This document shows, piece by piece, positions 1 to 11,295 of a stretch of 64,000 nt of DNA; position 1 is the first letter of the stretch; every line of letters starts with the position of its first letter. Position numbers and translations under genes: made by a program. This DNA comes from Patescibacteria group bacterium UBA4664 (lineage in GTDB: Bacteria; Patescibacteriota; Saccharimonadia; CAILAD01; BJGX01). The stretch lies in NCBI GenBank assembly GCA_943354575.1, contig CALRCL010000001.1:2934-66933 (forward strand), written 5' to 3'. The notes beneath the pieces were generated by a model that had not been told where the DNA came from, did not search any database, and saw only the letters and a list, made by a program, of their open reading frames with translations.

Positions 1-760
1 CTAGCAGACCTACGAATTTCTGGGCAACCTCGGGTTTATATACTATCTCGACAGCCTTGGAGGTTTTGATGTTTCTTTTTATTACCAGCCCCGTCAACAC
101 CAGCTCAAAAATCTCCTCAAAGCTAATACTACGCTTGGCGCTATCGAGCTGGGCTTCCGACTCGGCGGTATGTAAGATACGAATTGATGCCGATTTTGGT
201 AGTAGCTCGTGGTCTTTTACTATCGCATCAGGAAGGCTGTCTTCCAATTGATCGCTGACATCCATACACTGAGCGATTAACTTTCTGATGATCGTCGAGG
301 TGAGCTGTTTGGTTTCGGGGTAGATTGGTATTATATCTTGCTTGAATGGCCGAGTGGTGAGTTTGTCAAAAGTCGGTGCCTGGAGGCTAATATAGCCGTT
401 TTTGTATTCATAGTTGCCTCTAAAACGATAAGTGTTATTTGCGACAAGCGTCTGGGCCAAATAAGGCTGGTTGAACCATATCGCCTTAATGGTTCCGGTA
501 CTATCGCTTAAGATTGCTTCGGTAATTGTTAGCCTACGGTTACGGTGACTCATGCGCATCGCCACTCGCTCAACCTTAGCCTCAAAACTAACCAGCCCAG
601 GCTGTATGTCGCGAATACTTTTGATGGCCAAATAGCTGTCCCACCTTCTGGGGTAATAATTAAGCAAATCGGCGATCGTAAAGATTCCAGCACCAGCTAG
701 GGCTTTTTCTAATATGGGGCCAACGCCCTTGAGTCTCGATACCGAACTTTTAGTGGTCAT
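1..760 (-). CDS. recG: ATP-dependent DNA helicase RecG, N-terminal part (gene continues past window start)
   Basis: My reverse-strand translation from ATG at 760-758 reads MTTKSSVSRLKGVGPILEKALAGAGIFTIADLLNYYPRRWDS..., typical RecG N-terminus (HhH plus wedge region). No stop before position 1, so it is absent from the ORF track. Confidence 0.65.
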   Translation of the reverse strand, partial: MTTKSSVSRLKGVGPILEKALAGAGIFTIADLLNYYPRRWDSYLAIKSIRDIQPGLVSFEAKVERVAMRMSHRNRRLTITEAILSDSTGTIKAIWFNQPYLAQTLVANNTYRFRGNYEYKNGYISLQAPTFDKLTTRPFKQDIIPIYPETKQLTSTIIRKLIAQCMDVSDQLEDSLPDAIVKDHELLPKSASIRILHTAESEAQLDSAKRSISFEEIFELVLTGLVIKRNIKTSKAVEIVYKPEVAQKFVGLL

Positions 761-794
761 AGCTATATTCTAACACGAACAAAAAACGATAATT

Positions 795-1970
795 TTAACT
801 GATCTCGATATTTTTGTAGCGTCTCTTACCGAGCTGCAATAAGCAGTCTGCAGATATTTTGTACTCTGCATCCTTTATTACCTCGTCGTTAATTTTGATT
901 CCGCCTTGAGTCAATAGTCGTCGGGCTTCGGATTTGCTGACATCAAAAGCGAGAGCCACAACATCAATAACCGAGCCTATTTTGGTTTTGAAGGTTTCGA
1001 TATCAGATGGCTTCTCGCCACCTATGAACTGTTTTTCCCAATCTTTTTCGGCCTTTAGAGCTATTTTGCTGTCGTAATAGCGAGCTACTACTGCGCGGGC
1101 CAGGCTGGCCTTGGTGTCACGCGGTTTATCGCCGAGCGACATGCCTTTCTCAATTTGGGCAATCACATCCATCGGTGTGTCAGTGGCCAGCTTAAAATAC
1201 GCTGGTATAAGCTCGTCACGAATGGTCATTACTTTGCCGTACATATCGAGTGGCTCATCATCAACGAATATACAATTGCCCCAGGATGTACTCATTTTGC
1301 GTCCGTCTGTACCCTCTAGGATATGGAAAGTCATAACATTTTGAGGGTCCTGGCCGTAGGCTTTTTGGACTGTTCGGCCTGCTAGCATATTAAATAGCTG
1401 GTCGGTACCTCCAACTTCAAGATCTGTTTTCATCTGGACACTATCGTAACCCTGCAGAAGGGCATAGAGTGTTTCGTGCAATCCGACTGGTTTATTAGCC
1501 TCAATGCGCTTGGCGAAGTTATCGCGCTCGGTCATCTGTTGGATAGTAAATAGACTAGTCAGCTTAAAAAACTCATCTAATTGCATTTTTTCGAACCAAT
1601 CGCCATTGTGAAACATCTCTACCCTATCCATATCCAAAATCTTAGAGAGCTGGCCATGGTAGGATTTGAAGTTCTCGGCGACTTCTTCACTAGAGAGCAT
1701 TTTTCGTTCCGAAAACTTGTCTGATGTATCGCCAATTTGGGCTGTAAAAGTACCTGCAACAAATGTTATCTGGTGTCCTAAATCCTGAAATTGCCTTAGC
1801 TTCCAGAGAGCTACGGCGCGGCCAATGTGTATTTTTGATCCGGTTGGGTCAATTCCGAGCTTGATCCTTAGTTTTTTACCGCTTTTTAGCTTTTTCTCGA
1901 GCTCACTGCGCACAATTAGGTCTTCTACATTGCGAGTCAATAGGTCGTTGAGTATATCTTTAGATTTCAT
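795..1970 (-). CDS. tyrS: tyrosyl-tRNA synthetase (class I, with C-terminal S4 domain)
   Basis: HIGH-like region KIHIGRAVAL, KMSTS motif KMSTSWGN, C-terminal S4-like RRLLTQGGIKINDEV. AAGGAA RBS upstream of ATG. Confidence 0.9.
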   Translation of the reverse strand: MKSKDILNDLLTRNVEDLIVRSELEKKLKSGKKLRIKLGIDPTGSKIHIGRAVALWKLRQFQDLGHQITFVAGTFTAQIGDTSDKFSERKMLSSEEVAENFKSYHGQLSKILDMDRVEMFHNGDWFEKMQLDEFFKLTSLFTIQQMTERDNFAKRIEANKPVGLHETLYALLQGYDSVQMKTDLEVGGTDQLFNMLAGRTVQKAYGQDPQNVMTFHILEGTDGRKMSTSWGNCIFVDDEPLDMYGKVMTIRDELIPAYFKLATDTPMDVIAQIEKGMSLGDKPRDTKASLARAVVARYYDSKIALKAEKDWEKQFIGGEKPSDIETFKTKIGSVIDVVALAFDVSKSEARRLLTQGGIKINDEVIKDAEYKISADCLLQLGKRRYKNIEIS

Positions 1971-2099
1971 ATTATTCCTTGATTTATTAATTAGTAAAAT
2001 GAATAGTCCCGAATATCAAATCTACATCTGTCACATTATACCAACAATAGCGTTATATTGTAATCATACTTATGAATAAATTTATTGGCTAAGTCGTGA

Positions 2100-2105
2100 T
2101 ATAAT
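2100..2105 (+). promoter_or_regulatory. putative -10 box (TATAAT) for the PBP gene
   Basis: TATAAT 16 nt upstream of ATG at 2122 in an AT-rich divergent intergenic region. No clear -35 at canonical spacing. Confidence 0.25.
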
Positions 2106-2121
2106 TTAATGTAATAACTCT

Positions 2122-4962
2122 ATGGCAAAAAAACCAGTAAATAAAGCTAATAAATCTACCCGTCGTGTGGTTAAGCATACGACCACCTCAAAGATTAGCA
2201 AAAAATCACCTTCAAGACCCCGAGTAAAGGGGTGGGAGAGATTTCGTTATAAAAATATTATCCGCGTCATTACGAGCAAAAAAGCTCTAAAAATATATGG
2301 CATAACTGCTGCTGTTACAGTACTGCTTTTGGCTGGCTTGTTCTTGTGGTTCGCCAAGGACCTACCAAGCCCTAATAAAATCAACTCTCGAGTCAGTGCC
2401 CAGACTACCAAAATATATGACCGAACCGGCGAAAACCTCCTAATTGAAGTCTATGGCGATAAAAACCGTAGCATAATCGAGTTCAATCAAATGCCGCAGT
2501 GTATCAAAGACGCCACGGTTGCCCTGGAAGACAAAAATTTTTATAAGCAAGGTGCTTTTAGCCCAGCAGGAATTGCCAGGGCTTTTACGGGAGTAATCTT
2601 TAAGGACCCCAGCAAGGGTGGTGGCTCGACTATTACCCAGCAGTATGTCAAAAACGCCCTTTTGACCAACGAGCGAACTTTTACCCGAAAAATCAAAGAG
2701 CTAATTTTGTCTATCCAGATGGAGCAACTCTACAAAAAAGACGATATCCTGAAGCTCTATCTAAATGAGATTCCTTATGGTTCAACTGCCTATGGTATTC
2801 AAGCCGCCTCAAAGCAGTATTTTGGTATTGATGCCAAAGACCTAAATCTAGCTCAGTGTGTCACTCTGGCTAGTCTTCCCCAGGCTCCAACCTACTACTC
2901 GCCCTACGGACAAAATAAGCAGGCCTTGCTCGATAAAAAAGATCGTGTGCTAGATATGCTTGTCGATCAGAACTATATCAAAAGAGAGCAAGCCGATGAA
3001 GCTAAAAAGGTAGATGTCATGTCGCTACTTAAGCCCTACAATCCTTATGCCAACATCCAGGCTCCTCACTTCGTGCAATATATTCGCGAGCAATTAGAAG
3101 AAAAATATGGCATCAAGCGAGTCAACGAGGGTGGCTTTAAGGTCATCTCCACAATCGACCTCACCAAGCAAAAGCTAGCCGAGGGGATAGTCTTAAAAAA
3201 CATCAATTCTGTTAGGGGTTACGGAGGCGACAACGCGGCGTTAGTTTCGGCTGACCCAAACAACGGACAGGTGCTTGTGATGGTCGGGAGCTACGATGCC
3301 ACTAACCCTGAATTTGGTATTTATAACGTAGCTGCCGCGCTTAGACAGCCAGGCTCGTCTATTAAGCCTGTGGTTTATGCTAGCTTGTTCAAGAAAAACT
3401 GGGGACCAGGTAGCACAATATATGATGTTCGAACTGACTTTGGTGGGATTCCACCATATATTCCCAAAAACTACACCGGCGGTTTTTATGGGGTACAGTC
3501 GGTCAGAACAGCATTGGCTAGCTCTCTGAATATACCTGCAGTAAAAGGCCTCTACATTGGTGGCATACCAGAGTTTATTGGTACTGCACGAGATATGGGT
3601 ATAACTACCTACGATAAGCCAGTCGATGAATACGGCCTAAGTATGGCGCTAGGGGCAGGAGAAGTGCGGATGGTCGATATGGTCAATGCCTATTCGGCCT
3701 TTCCTACCAACGGCCAGCACCACGACCCTGTCTATTGGCTCAAGATTACCGACGGCTCTGGCAAGGTCATCGAGGACAACACCAAGCCCGACAGCAACAA
3801 ATCCAAGCAAGTGCTAGACCCACAAATTGCCTACCTAATAAGCAACATCATGTCCGACAATAACGCCCGTTGTAGTAACGGCACCTTCCCTTGCAATAAT
3901 CCCCTCACGCTGCCCAATAAGACTGTCGCTGCCAAGACTGGTACATCGGAAGATTACCGAGACGCCTGGACTATTGGCTTCACCAAACGAGTCATCACCG
4001 CTACTTGGGCTGGTAATAACGACAACACACCGATGACCCAAGCGGCTAGTATTGTTGCAGCTCCAATCTGGAACCAGTACATGCGCGAGGTCACCAAAGA
4101 CGATCCGAATGAACAATTTGATAGACCACCCGGAATCAAGCAAGAAACCATCGACGCCAACACCGGAAAGTCGCCGATAGCGGGCTCAAAGCTTCGGACA
4201 GATATCTTTCCGAGTTGGTACCGTGTCGAAAAGGCTCAAGACTCGCAACGAGCCACTATCGATATTGTCTCCGGTAAATTAGCTACCGACTGCACGCCAG
4301 CTGGCGCGCGTAAAGAAATAACTGGCTCTCTAATAACGGCCGAAATAGCCCCAACCGACCCCTCGTATCCAAGGTGGAACCCACCAGTGCAGGTTTTGGC
4401 CGCTTCGCTTGGGTACGCCCAGGGCGGAAGTATTCCGTCAGAAAAAGACGACGCCCACCAGTGTGGCGATCCTCAGCCAGTAGTATCAATCACGGCCACC
4501 CCCACCACAGGTAGCACCTTTACTATCACCGCAGCCACTACTCAGGGCAAGTTCCCAATTAGCCAAGTCGCTTTTTATATGGATGGAAACATTCTTGCAA
4601 CAAAATCTGGTAGTGGGCCAACCTTTAGTACCACTGTCACTCCAACGGCTGGAGTCCACAAATTTAGTGCGGTAGTAACAGACTCGGGCTACTACACCGG
4701 CACCAGCAATAGCATAACGGCCACAGCGACAGGTGTCGGTGGTGCAAACTTGAGCTGCTCGGGAAGTAGCTGCCAATTCACCTACACACTAGGAGCTTTT
4801 AGCGTTCAGCTCTATGTAAATAATGCGCCATTCGGTCTGAGCAAAGATACCTCAACTGCTACTTGGGGCGGGACAGGCTGGAATAGTATCACCGGCTCAG
4901 GCTCAAATGTTAAAGCTAGCTTTTTGCCTGCCAGTGGCCCTGCGCAAACTATCTATCCCTAA
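2122..4962 (+). CDS. class A penicillin-binding protein (GT51 transglycosylase + transpeptidase) with C-terminal Ig-like/beta-rich extension
   Basis: Basic N-terminus plus TM anchor. GT51 motifs ALEDKNFYKQGAFSP, GGSTITQQYVKN, RKIKELILSIQMEQ. Transpeptidase SxxK-like region. C-terminal ~150 aa Thr/Ser/Gly-rich repeats (TATPTTGSTFTITAATT...). Confidence 0.85.
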   Translation: MAKKPVNKANKSTRRVVKHTTTSKISKKSPSRPRVKGWERFRYKNIIRVITSKKALKIYGITAAVTVLLLAGLFLWFAKDLPSPNKINSRVSAQTTKIYDRTGENLLIEVYGDKNRSIIEFNQMPQCIKDATVALEDKNFYKQGAFSPAGIARAFTGVIFKDPSKGGGSTITQQYVKNALLTNERTFTRKIKELILSIQMEQLYKKDDILKLYLNEIPYGSTAYGIQAASKQYFGIDAKDLNLAQCVTLASLPQAPTYYSPYGQNKQALLDKKDRVLDMLVDQNYIKREQADEAKKVDVMSLLKPYNPYANIQAPHFVQYIREQLEEKYGIKRVNEGGFKVISTIDLTKQKLAEGIVLKNINSVRGYGGDNAALVSADPNNGQVLVMVGSYDATNPEFGIYNVAAALRQPGSSIKPVVYASLFKKNWGPGSTIYDVRTDFGGIPPYIPKNYTGGFYGVQSVRTALASSLNIPAVKGLYIGGIPEFIGTARDMGITTYDKPVDEYGLSMALGAGEVRMVDMVNAYSAFPTNGQHHDPVYWLKITDGSGKVIEDNTKPDSNKSKQVLDPQIAYLISNIMSDNNARCSNGTFPCNNPLTLPNKTVAAKTGTSEDYRDAWTIGFTKRVITATWAGNNDNTPMTQAASIVAAPIWNQYMREVTKDDPNEQFDRPPGIKQETIDANTGKSPIAGSKLRTDIFPSWYRVEKAQDSQRATIDIVSGKLATDCTPAGARKEITGSLITAEIAPTDPSYPRWNPPVQVLAASLGYAQGGSIPSEKDDAHQCGDPQPVVSITATPTTGSTFTITAATTQGKFPISQVAFYMDGNILATKSGSGPTFSTTVTPTAGVHKFSAVVTDSGYYTGTSNSITATATGVGGANLSCSGSSCQFTYTLGAFSVQLYVNNAPFGLSKDTSTATWGGTGWNSITGSGSNVKASFLPASGPAQTIYP

Positions 4963-5098
4963 AACTAGGCTAATAAAAAATATCGTTATTTGTTAAGCAA
5001 GTAAACTATATTAAAGGCTGTATCTGCCAAACCAATCTCGGCTTTAGGTAAAATTAGCCCTAGCTTACTGTCACTAAATGAAGTGCTAATTGTTTTTA

Positions 5099-6100
5099 CT
5101 ATCGAGAGCTTTTAGTGCTTGGAGTAAACTTGGTGGGCTTTCTGGGTTGTCTGGGTGGACGAGTGCTAGAGTTGGCCTTAGCATTTTTAGGAGTAGCAAA
5201 TATCATCTTGCCAGCAACAGACTGAAATATCCTGGTAACTTCGCAGTCGACATCCTTGCCAATGAGCTTATCGCCTCCATCGACCACAATCATGGTTCCG
5301 TCGGGCAGGTATCCGACGCCTTGGTTTTTTTCTTTTCCGGCCTGAACAACATTGACCTTCATAATTTCGCCTGGCAATACGACAGCACGGATGGCGTTAG
5401 CCAACTCATTGATATTGAGAATTTTAACGCCTTCGATTGTTGCGACGCGGTTAAGATTGTAGTCGGTGGTTAGGATATTGGCGCGATGCTTTTTGGCCAA
5501 ATACACTAGCTTGTGATCTACCTCTTTTACATCCTTGGGGTCGTCCTCGATAATCTCTAGCTGCAAAGCATCGTTAAGGCGCATCTCGTTTAGTATTTCC
5601 AGGCCACGACGGCCTCTACCTCGACGCAATGCATCTTCGCTATCGGCAATATTTTGAAGCTCAGCCAGAACAAACCTAGGCACAATTAGAGCGCCAGGTA
5701 TAAAGCCGCTGGCTACAATGTCGCCGATTCGGCCATCAATTATGGCCGAGGTATCGACCAGTACTTTGGTTTCGTGCTTATTGACTTTAAGGGGCTTAAG
5801 TTTGTCTTGTATTTGTTTCTTGTCGCCTTTTTTAGGCATTAGGTTGTCTAAGAATTCATGTTGCGAATAAAACACCAATGCTAACGCAACAGCCAAAACA
5901 ACCGTTACGGCGATTGGCAGGTACTGCCTATACGGCTCGGCCAAGGCTGAGAGCGGGATAGCCAATAAGGATCCGATGATGCTACCAAGCAGCGCCCCTA
6001 TTACGACTAGTATTAATTTCTGGGCGCTTAATTTGGCCAAGCGATATGTTACGACAAATACAGCTAAGGCAATTACTAATATAACTTCTACTACTAACAT
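5099..6100 (-). CDS. yacL: membrane-anchored PIN + TRAM domain protein (YacL-like)
   Basis: N-terminal TM helices, PIN motif VLVDTSAIIDGRI, C-terminal TRAM-like domain. Conserved position next to radA. Confidence 0.7.
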   Translation of the reverse strand: MLVVEVILVIALAVFVVTYRLAKLSAQKLILVVIGALLGSIIGSLLAIPLSALAEPYRQYLPIAVTVVLAVALALVFYSQHEFLDNLMPKKGDKKQIQDKLKPLKVNKHETKVLVDTSAIIDGRIGDIVASGFIPGALIVPRFVLAELQNIADSEDALRRGRGRRGLEILNEMRLNDALQLEIIEDDPKDVKEVDHKLVYLAKKHRANILTTDYNLNRVATIEGVKILNINELANAIRAVVLPGEIMKVNVVQAGKEKNQGVGYLPDGTMIVVDGGDKLIGKDVDCEVTRIFQSVAGKMIFATPKNAKANSSTRPPRQPRKPTKFTPSTKSSR

Positions 6101-6115
6101 GAATTATGGTTTCCT

Positions 6116-7444
6116 CTATTTTAATGATTTGATAGCTTCAGCAATTGTCATCACACCAAGGTAGTTTTGACCTTTGGCACTGGATGGCACAATTGCATTT
6201 TTATAGCCAAGTTTGCTGGCTTCACGAAGTCTTAAATTGGACATATTGACTGACCGAACTTCACCGCTTAGACCCACTTCACCAAATACTACCGTGCTTG
6301 GCTTGATAATTTTACCGCTTGATGCGGATGCGATTGCTAAAATAATTGCGAGATCAATTGCTGGTTCGGCGAGCTTTATTCCACCTACAATATTAACATA
6401 GACATCGTGACTACTCAAGTTGATACCGCCACGTTTTTGCATAACTGCGCACAATAAGCCAAGCCGATTGAGATCGAAACCATCGGCTACTCGTTTAGGG
6501 TAGCCAAATACACTGGTACTAACTAGTGCCTGAACTTCTACCAAAATAGGCCGGCTGCCTTCCATACCAACAAACACTACGCTACCCGGCAGCTCTTGGC
6601 GTTCTTGCAGTAGAGCTTCAGAAGGATTCTTGACAGCTACAAGGCCAGCTTCGGTCATCTCTAGCATTCCGACTTCATTGGTGGCTCCAAAACGGTTCTT
6701 AACACTTCTTAAGAGTTTGAGGAGGCCATAACGCTCGCCCTCGAGATACAGCACAGTATCTACCAAGTGCTCCATCAGTCTTGGTCCGGCGACATTACCC
6801 TCCTTAGTGACATGCCCAATAATAATAAAAGAAGTGTTGGTGCTCTTTGCTAGTCGCACCAGGCTATTGGTGTTGTTGGTTATTTGGCTGGTTGTACCGG
6901 CTGATCCGCTAAGGTTTTGGCTGACCATTGTTTGAATCGAATCCACCACCACTAGCTGGTACCCGCCCGTCTGAGCATAGGCCAAGACTTCATCGACATC
7001 TGTGGTCGCTAAAAACTCAAATTCAGTATTCATACCTTTGAGCCTGGCTCCGCGAAGCTTAACTTGGGCTGCCGATTCTTCACCACTGACATATAGCACC
7101 TTGTTTTTCTTGGCTACTTCGGCTGCGACCTGTAAAACCAGAGTAGACTTGCCAATGCCGGGGTCGCCCGCCAATAGCACAAGGCTGCCAGGGACTATTC
7201 CGCCTCCCAAGACCGCATCAACTTCACTGTTGCCAGTGCTAATTCGACTTTTATCGGAAGATGAAATTTCATGGAACTTGTCGATTTTAGTGGTTGGGGT
7301 GGCGAGCTTTTTGTTGCCAATAGTGCCAAGTGCGACACTCTCGACAATAGTGTCCCATGCTCCACACTGCATACATTTGCCGCTCCACTTGCTGGAGTTT
7401 GCTCCGCAGCTTTGGCAACTAAACTGTACATTTGATTTAGACAT
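6116..7444 (-). CDS. radA: DNA repair protein RadA/Sms
   Basis: N-terminal zinc ribbon CQSCGANSSKWSGKCMQCGAW, Walker A GDPGIGKST, KNRFG motif, C-terminal Lon-protease-like domain. Confidence 0.9.
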   Translation of the reverse strand: MSKSNVQFSCQSCGANSSKWSGKCMQCGAWDTIVESVALGTIGNKKLATPTTKIDKFHEISSSDKSRISTGNSEVDAVLGGGIVPGSLVLLAGDPGIGKSTLVLQVAAEVAKKNKVLYVSGEESAAQVKLRGARLKGMNTEFEFLATTDVDEVLAYAQTGGYQLVVVDSIQTMVSQNLSGSAGTTSQITNNTNSLVRLAKSTNTSFIIIGHVTKEGNVAGPRLMEHLVDTVLYLEGERYGLLKLLRSVKNRFGATNEVGMLEMTEAGLVAVKNPSEALLQERQELPGSVVFVGMEGSRPILVEVQALVSTSVFGYPKRVADGFDLNRLGLLCAVMQKRGGINLSSHDVYVNIVGGIKLAEPAIDLAIILAIASASSGKIIKPSTVVFGEVGLSGEVRSVNMSNLRLREASKLGYKNAIVPSSAKGQNYLGVMTIAEAIKSLK

Positions 7445-7512
7445 ATGGTAAATTATACACGACTAATGCGATACGAACAAATAGCGAATAGACCTGAGTG
7501 GTGCCTGGGTAC

Positions 7513-9990
7513 CTAAACTGTGGCACCAACTTTGATGTTCAGATCGACATCATTATCTTTAGCACTAACTTCTACTATGTCACCTGGCTTGATCATTTCC
7601 GAGACTATCCCGCTGGCCAGTTTGTCTTCGATCAGCCTCTGGACTGCGCGCTTCATTGGTCGGGCGCCGTTTTCGATATCATAGCCTTTTTCCACTAACA
7701 GCGCGCGAACATTTGGTTTGAACTTTAGAATAATTTCCTTCTCTTCTAAGCGTCTGGCGAGGTCCTTGAGCTGGAGTTCGGCTATTTTTTCGATGTCGAG
7801 TTTAGAGAGCGCCTTGAATACCACAACATGGTCGATACGATTCAAAAATTCTGGGCGGAATTGTTTTTTTAATTCGCTTGTAACTTTTTCTGTCATCTGG
7901 ACATGGATTTCTTCCAGCTTTTGCTGCTCTTTTGGAGTATCGGTTGTAAAGCCTATTTCAGCTTCTTTAGCCAAAACTCTGGCTCCAACATTACTCGTCA
8001 TAATAATGATTGTATTGCTAAAATCTACTTTTTTGCCCTTGGCGTCAGTCAATACACCATCCTCTAGAATCTGCAATAGAATATTAAAAATATCAGGATG
8101 AGCCTTTTCTATTTCATCAAATAATATCAGGCTATACGGCTTGCGACGAACTTTTTCTGTGAGTTGGCCAGCATCTTCATACCCGACATAACCTGCTGGG
8201 GCACCAACCAAACGCGAAACATTGTGCTTTTCCATAAACTCACTCATGTCTACCTTAATGATTGAGTCTGCGTCGTTAAATAGCTCCCCTGACAGTACCC
8301 GGGCTAATTCGGTTTTACCAACACCAGTTGGACCCAAGAACATAAATGACCCGATGGGTTTTTTTTGGTCGGCAATTCCTGTACGGCTGCGGCGTATAGC
8401 CTTAGCTATGACATCTACGGCGCTGTCCTGGCCAATAATCTTGAGTTTTAGTGTTTGCTCTAGCTTTTTCAGACTATCGGTCTCAAACTTCGCCAGTTTT
8501 TCGACAGGAATACCAGTAGATTGTGCTACGACCTTAGTAATATCATCGATTGTAACCTTTACTTTATCACTATTTTTAGAATCTGCTTGAACTTCATTTA
8601 GTTTTTTTTCTATGACACTGGCTTCGGATTTTAATCTAGCAGCCTGCTCGAAATCTTGGTTATATACGGCATCGTCGATTTTAGTTAGCTTTTCTTCGAG
8701 CTGCTTGGATAGCCGCTTGCCTCGTCCGTCGGTACTAGAACGAGTTATCCTGGCTCTTGAAGATGCCTCATCAATTAGATCTATTGCCTTGTCTGGCAAA
8801 AACCTGTCGGCAATGTAACGCTTAGCTAGTTTGGCTGCCTCTTCGATTGCCTCGTCGGTAATTTTGACACTATGGAATTTTTCGTACCTTGGGCGCAAGC
8901 CTTTAAGCACCTCGATAGTTTCATCGACCGTAGCTTCTGGGACTATAATTGGCTGAAACCGACGCTCCAAAGCAGCATCTTTTTCGATATGCTTTCTGTA
9001 CTCTTCGAGTGTGGTGGCGCCAATAGTCTGGACTTCACCACGCGATAAGGCTGGTTTGAGGATATTAGCAGCATCAATCGCACCTTCGGCGCTTCCGGCT
9101 CCAACGACGTTATGAAGCTCGTCAATAAATAGTATTACATCTGGTGAAGCGATCACTTCGTCGATTATTTTTTTGAGGCGCTCCTCGAATTCGCCCCTAA
9201 ACTTAGTGCCTGCAATTACTGAAGCCATATCGAGCATCATCAGCCTTTTGCCAAGCAACATCTCAGGTACTCGCTCATCGACAATTCGTTTTGCGAGGCC
9301 CTCGACAATTGCTGTTTTGCCGACACCTGGCTCACCAATCAGGACTGGGTTGTTTTTGCTGCGACGGTTTAGTATTTGGATCATTCTATCAATTTGTGTT
9401 TCTCGACCAACCACTGGATCGAGTAAATCTTTCATAGCCTTGGCGGTCAGATCTATACCAAAATGGTCTAATGCTGGTGTCTTGGAGCGCTTGGAGTTTT
9501 TGCGACCAGGGCCACCTTGCGGTATTTCAACCTGTGATGGCTGTGAGTCTAGATACTTTTCGAGCTCGTTTCTAACCGAAACTGGATCAACCTGCATGTC
9601 TTTTAAGATAGATATCGCTCGAGAATTTTTTTGCCCGAGTATTGCAATTAATAAGTGCTCCGTACCAGCGTAGGGTTGGCCATTTTGCTGTGCAACCCTG
9701 AGCGCGGAGGTAATGGTTTGCTTGGCTGTTTCCGATAGCTCAATGCTACCAGATGGCGTAGAGGTCTGGATATTGTGGTTGCCATAAACTGGGACATTGT
9801 CGATTCTGACGCCCATATCGGCTAGCAGACGGGCTCCTATCGAACCTTGCACCTTAAGCATTCCTAGTAGTAGATGTTCGGTACCAATGTAGCTCGATCC
9901 CATGTTAATCGCAAGAAGACCAGCACTTTCCAGGCTTTTTTTGGCATTGAGCGTGAACCTATCAAAATGGTTTAAAAAATCGTCTTGCAT
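7513..9990 (-). CDS. clpC: ATP-dependent Clp protease ATP-binding subunit ClpC
   Basis: Clp_N repeats ([10 protein letters not shown] x2), two AAA+ modules ([16 protein letters not shown]), UVR-like linker, 825 aa. GGAGGA RBS. Confidence 0.85.
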   Translation of the reverse strand: MQDDFLNHFDRFTLNAKKSLESAGLLAINMGSSYIGTEHLLLGMLKVQGSIGARLLADMGVRIDNVPVYGNHNIQTSTPSGSIELSETAKQTITSALRVAQQNGQPYAGTEHLLIAILGQKNSRAISILKDMQVDPVSVRNELEKYLDSQPSQVEIPQGGPGRKNSKRSKTPALDHFGIDLTAKAMKDLLDPVVGRETQIDRMIQILNRRSKNNPVLIGEPGVGKTAIVEGLAKRIVDERVPEMLLGKRLMMLDMASVIAGTKFRGEFEERLKKIIDEVIASPDVILFIDELHNVVGAGSAEGAIDAANILKPALSRGEVQTIGATTLEEYRKHIEKDAALERRFQPIIVPEATVDETIEVLKGLRPRYEKFHSVKITDEAIEEAAKLAKRYIADRFLPDKAIDLIDEASSRARITRSSTDGRGKRLSKQLEEKLTKIDDAVYNQDFEQAARLKSEASVIEKKLNEVQADSKNSDKVKVTIDDITKVVAQSTGIPVEKLAKFETDSLKKLEQTLKLKIIGQDSAVDVIAKAIRRSRTGIADQKKPIGSFMFLGPTGVGKTELARVLSGELFNDADSIIKVDMSEFMEKHNVSRLVGAPAGYVGYEDAGQLTEKVRRKPYSLILFDEIEKAHPDIFNILLQILEDGVLTDAKGKKVDFSNTIIIMTSNVGARVLAKEAEIGFTTDTPKEQQKLEEIHVQMTEKVTSELKKQFRPEFLNRIDHVVVFKALSKLDIEKIAELQLKDLARRLEEKEIILKFKPNVRALLVEKGYDIENGARPMKRAVQRLIEDKLASGIVSEMIKPGDIVEVSAKDNDVDLNIKVGATV

Positions 9991-10038
9991 AATTCTTATC
10001 CTCCATCAATTCTAGCAAACTTTAGTTTTTATGTCTGT

Positions 10039-11295
10039 TTATTTATCTTCTGAATCTTCTAGGGCTTCTTCTTTTTCTACGACCTTCTTGATATCATCTT
10101 TAGATTCTGGGGTAGCTTCGGTAACTTGAGTGGCTTTAGTGACGGCTTCATCCTCTTTGGGTTCGGTGCTAGCATTAGAAGCGGCAATTATGGCGTCCTC
10201 TAGATCGGCAGTACGGGCCGGCTTGGGCTCAGGCACTATCTCTTTTGCTGTCGATTCGACGCCAGCGTCGTCGGCCCCATCGATATCTATATTCCACTCG
10301 GTCAATTTGGCTGCCAATCTTACATTCTGGCCAGATTTTCCAATGGCCAGGCTCAACTGGTCTTCAGGGACCTTAACTACGGCTTTTTTATTTTCCTTAT
10401 CTAATTTAACGCTAATTACTTTGGTTGGTGACAGGGCATTTGTGATATATTCCTTGGGGTCTTCACTAAAAGCAATGATGTCGATTTTTTCTTCACCTAG
10501 CTCTCCCATTACGGCCTGAACCCTAGTGCCTCTGCCCCCGACAAATGTACCGACTGGGTCGACGCCAGGGACATTAGATTTGACAGCTATCTTGGTGCGA
10601 GCTCCGGCTTCACGAGCGATGCCTGCAATTTCAACCGATCCGTTAGCTATCTCGGGAACCTCTAGTTCGAATAATCTTCGTACCATATCTGGGTGGGTTC
10701 GGCTAACTACAATTTGTGGACCGCGGTTGGTTTGTTCGACACGCACTACGAAAACCTTAATTTTTTGCGCAGGATAGTACTTTTCGTTAGGTATTTGGTC
10801 GCTCGGGAACATCACGCCGGTTGCTTTTCCGAGATCTATAAAGACATTACCACTCTCGAACCTTTGGACCATGGCATTAATGATTAACCCCTCCTTGCCG
10901 CTAAATTCACTAAATACGACCTCTCGCTCTGCCTCGCGAATTCGCTGGACAATCACCTGCTTGGCAGTTTGGGCGGCGACTCGTCCGAATTCCTTGCTGT
11001 CTTCTTTGAATTCGATCATATCACCCAAGGCACTAGCTTTTTTGAGCTTCTTGGCATCAGCTATCGATATCTGGATTAGTCCGTCTTCGACACTCTCGAC
11101 AACTTCTTTGGTTACAAAGATTGTCGGATCGCCGCTGTCGGGGTTTAACTCGACTCTAACTTCTTGCTCTTTATCCCCAAAATCTTTTTTGTAGGCAGCG
11201 ATTATTGCGGCCTTAATTGCCTCAATCACCATATCTTTCGATATGCCTTTTTCTTCACATATTTGCTCTATTGCTGATAAAAATTGGTTTTGCAT
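10039..11295 (-). CDS. nusA: transcription termination/antitermination factor NusA
   Basis: NusA N-terminal domain, S1 and tandem KH domains, acidic C-terminal tail. AGGAGA RBS. Confidence 0.9.
   Translation of the reverse strand: MQNQFLSAIEQICEEKGISKDMVIEAIKAAIIAAYKKDFGDKEQEVRVELNPDSGDPTIFVTKEVVESVEDGLIQISIADAKKLKKASALGDMIEFKEDSKEFGRVAAQTAKQVIVQRIREAEREVVFSEFSGKEGLIINAMVQRFESGNVFIDLGKATGVMFPSDQIPNEKYYPAQKIKVFVVRVEQTNRGPQIVVSRTHPDMVRRLFELEVPEIANGSVEIAGIAREAGARTKIAVKSNVPGVDPVGTFVGGRGTRVQAVMGELGEEKIDIIAFSEDPKEYITNALSPTKVISVKLDKENKKAVVKVPEDQLSLAIGKSGQNVRLAAKLTEWNIDIDGADDAGVESTAKEIVPEPKPARTADLEDAIIAASNASTEPKEDEAVTKATQVTEATPESKDDIKKVVEKEEALEDSEDK

Noticed and set aside
57-251. 64-aa plus-strand ORF
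   Set aside because: It is antisense inside the RecG coding region.
1971-2121. Possible T-box leader upstream of tyrS
   Set aside because: The intergenic region is only ~150 nt and AT-rich. I could not identify specifier or antiterminator elements, and it is too short for a T-box.
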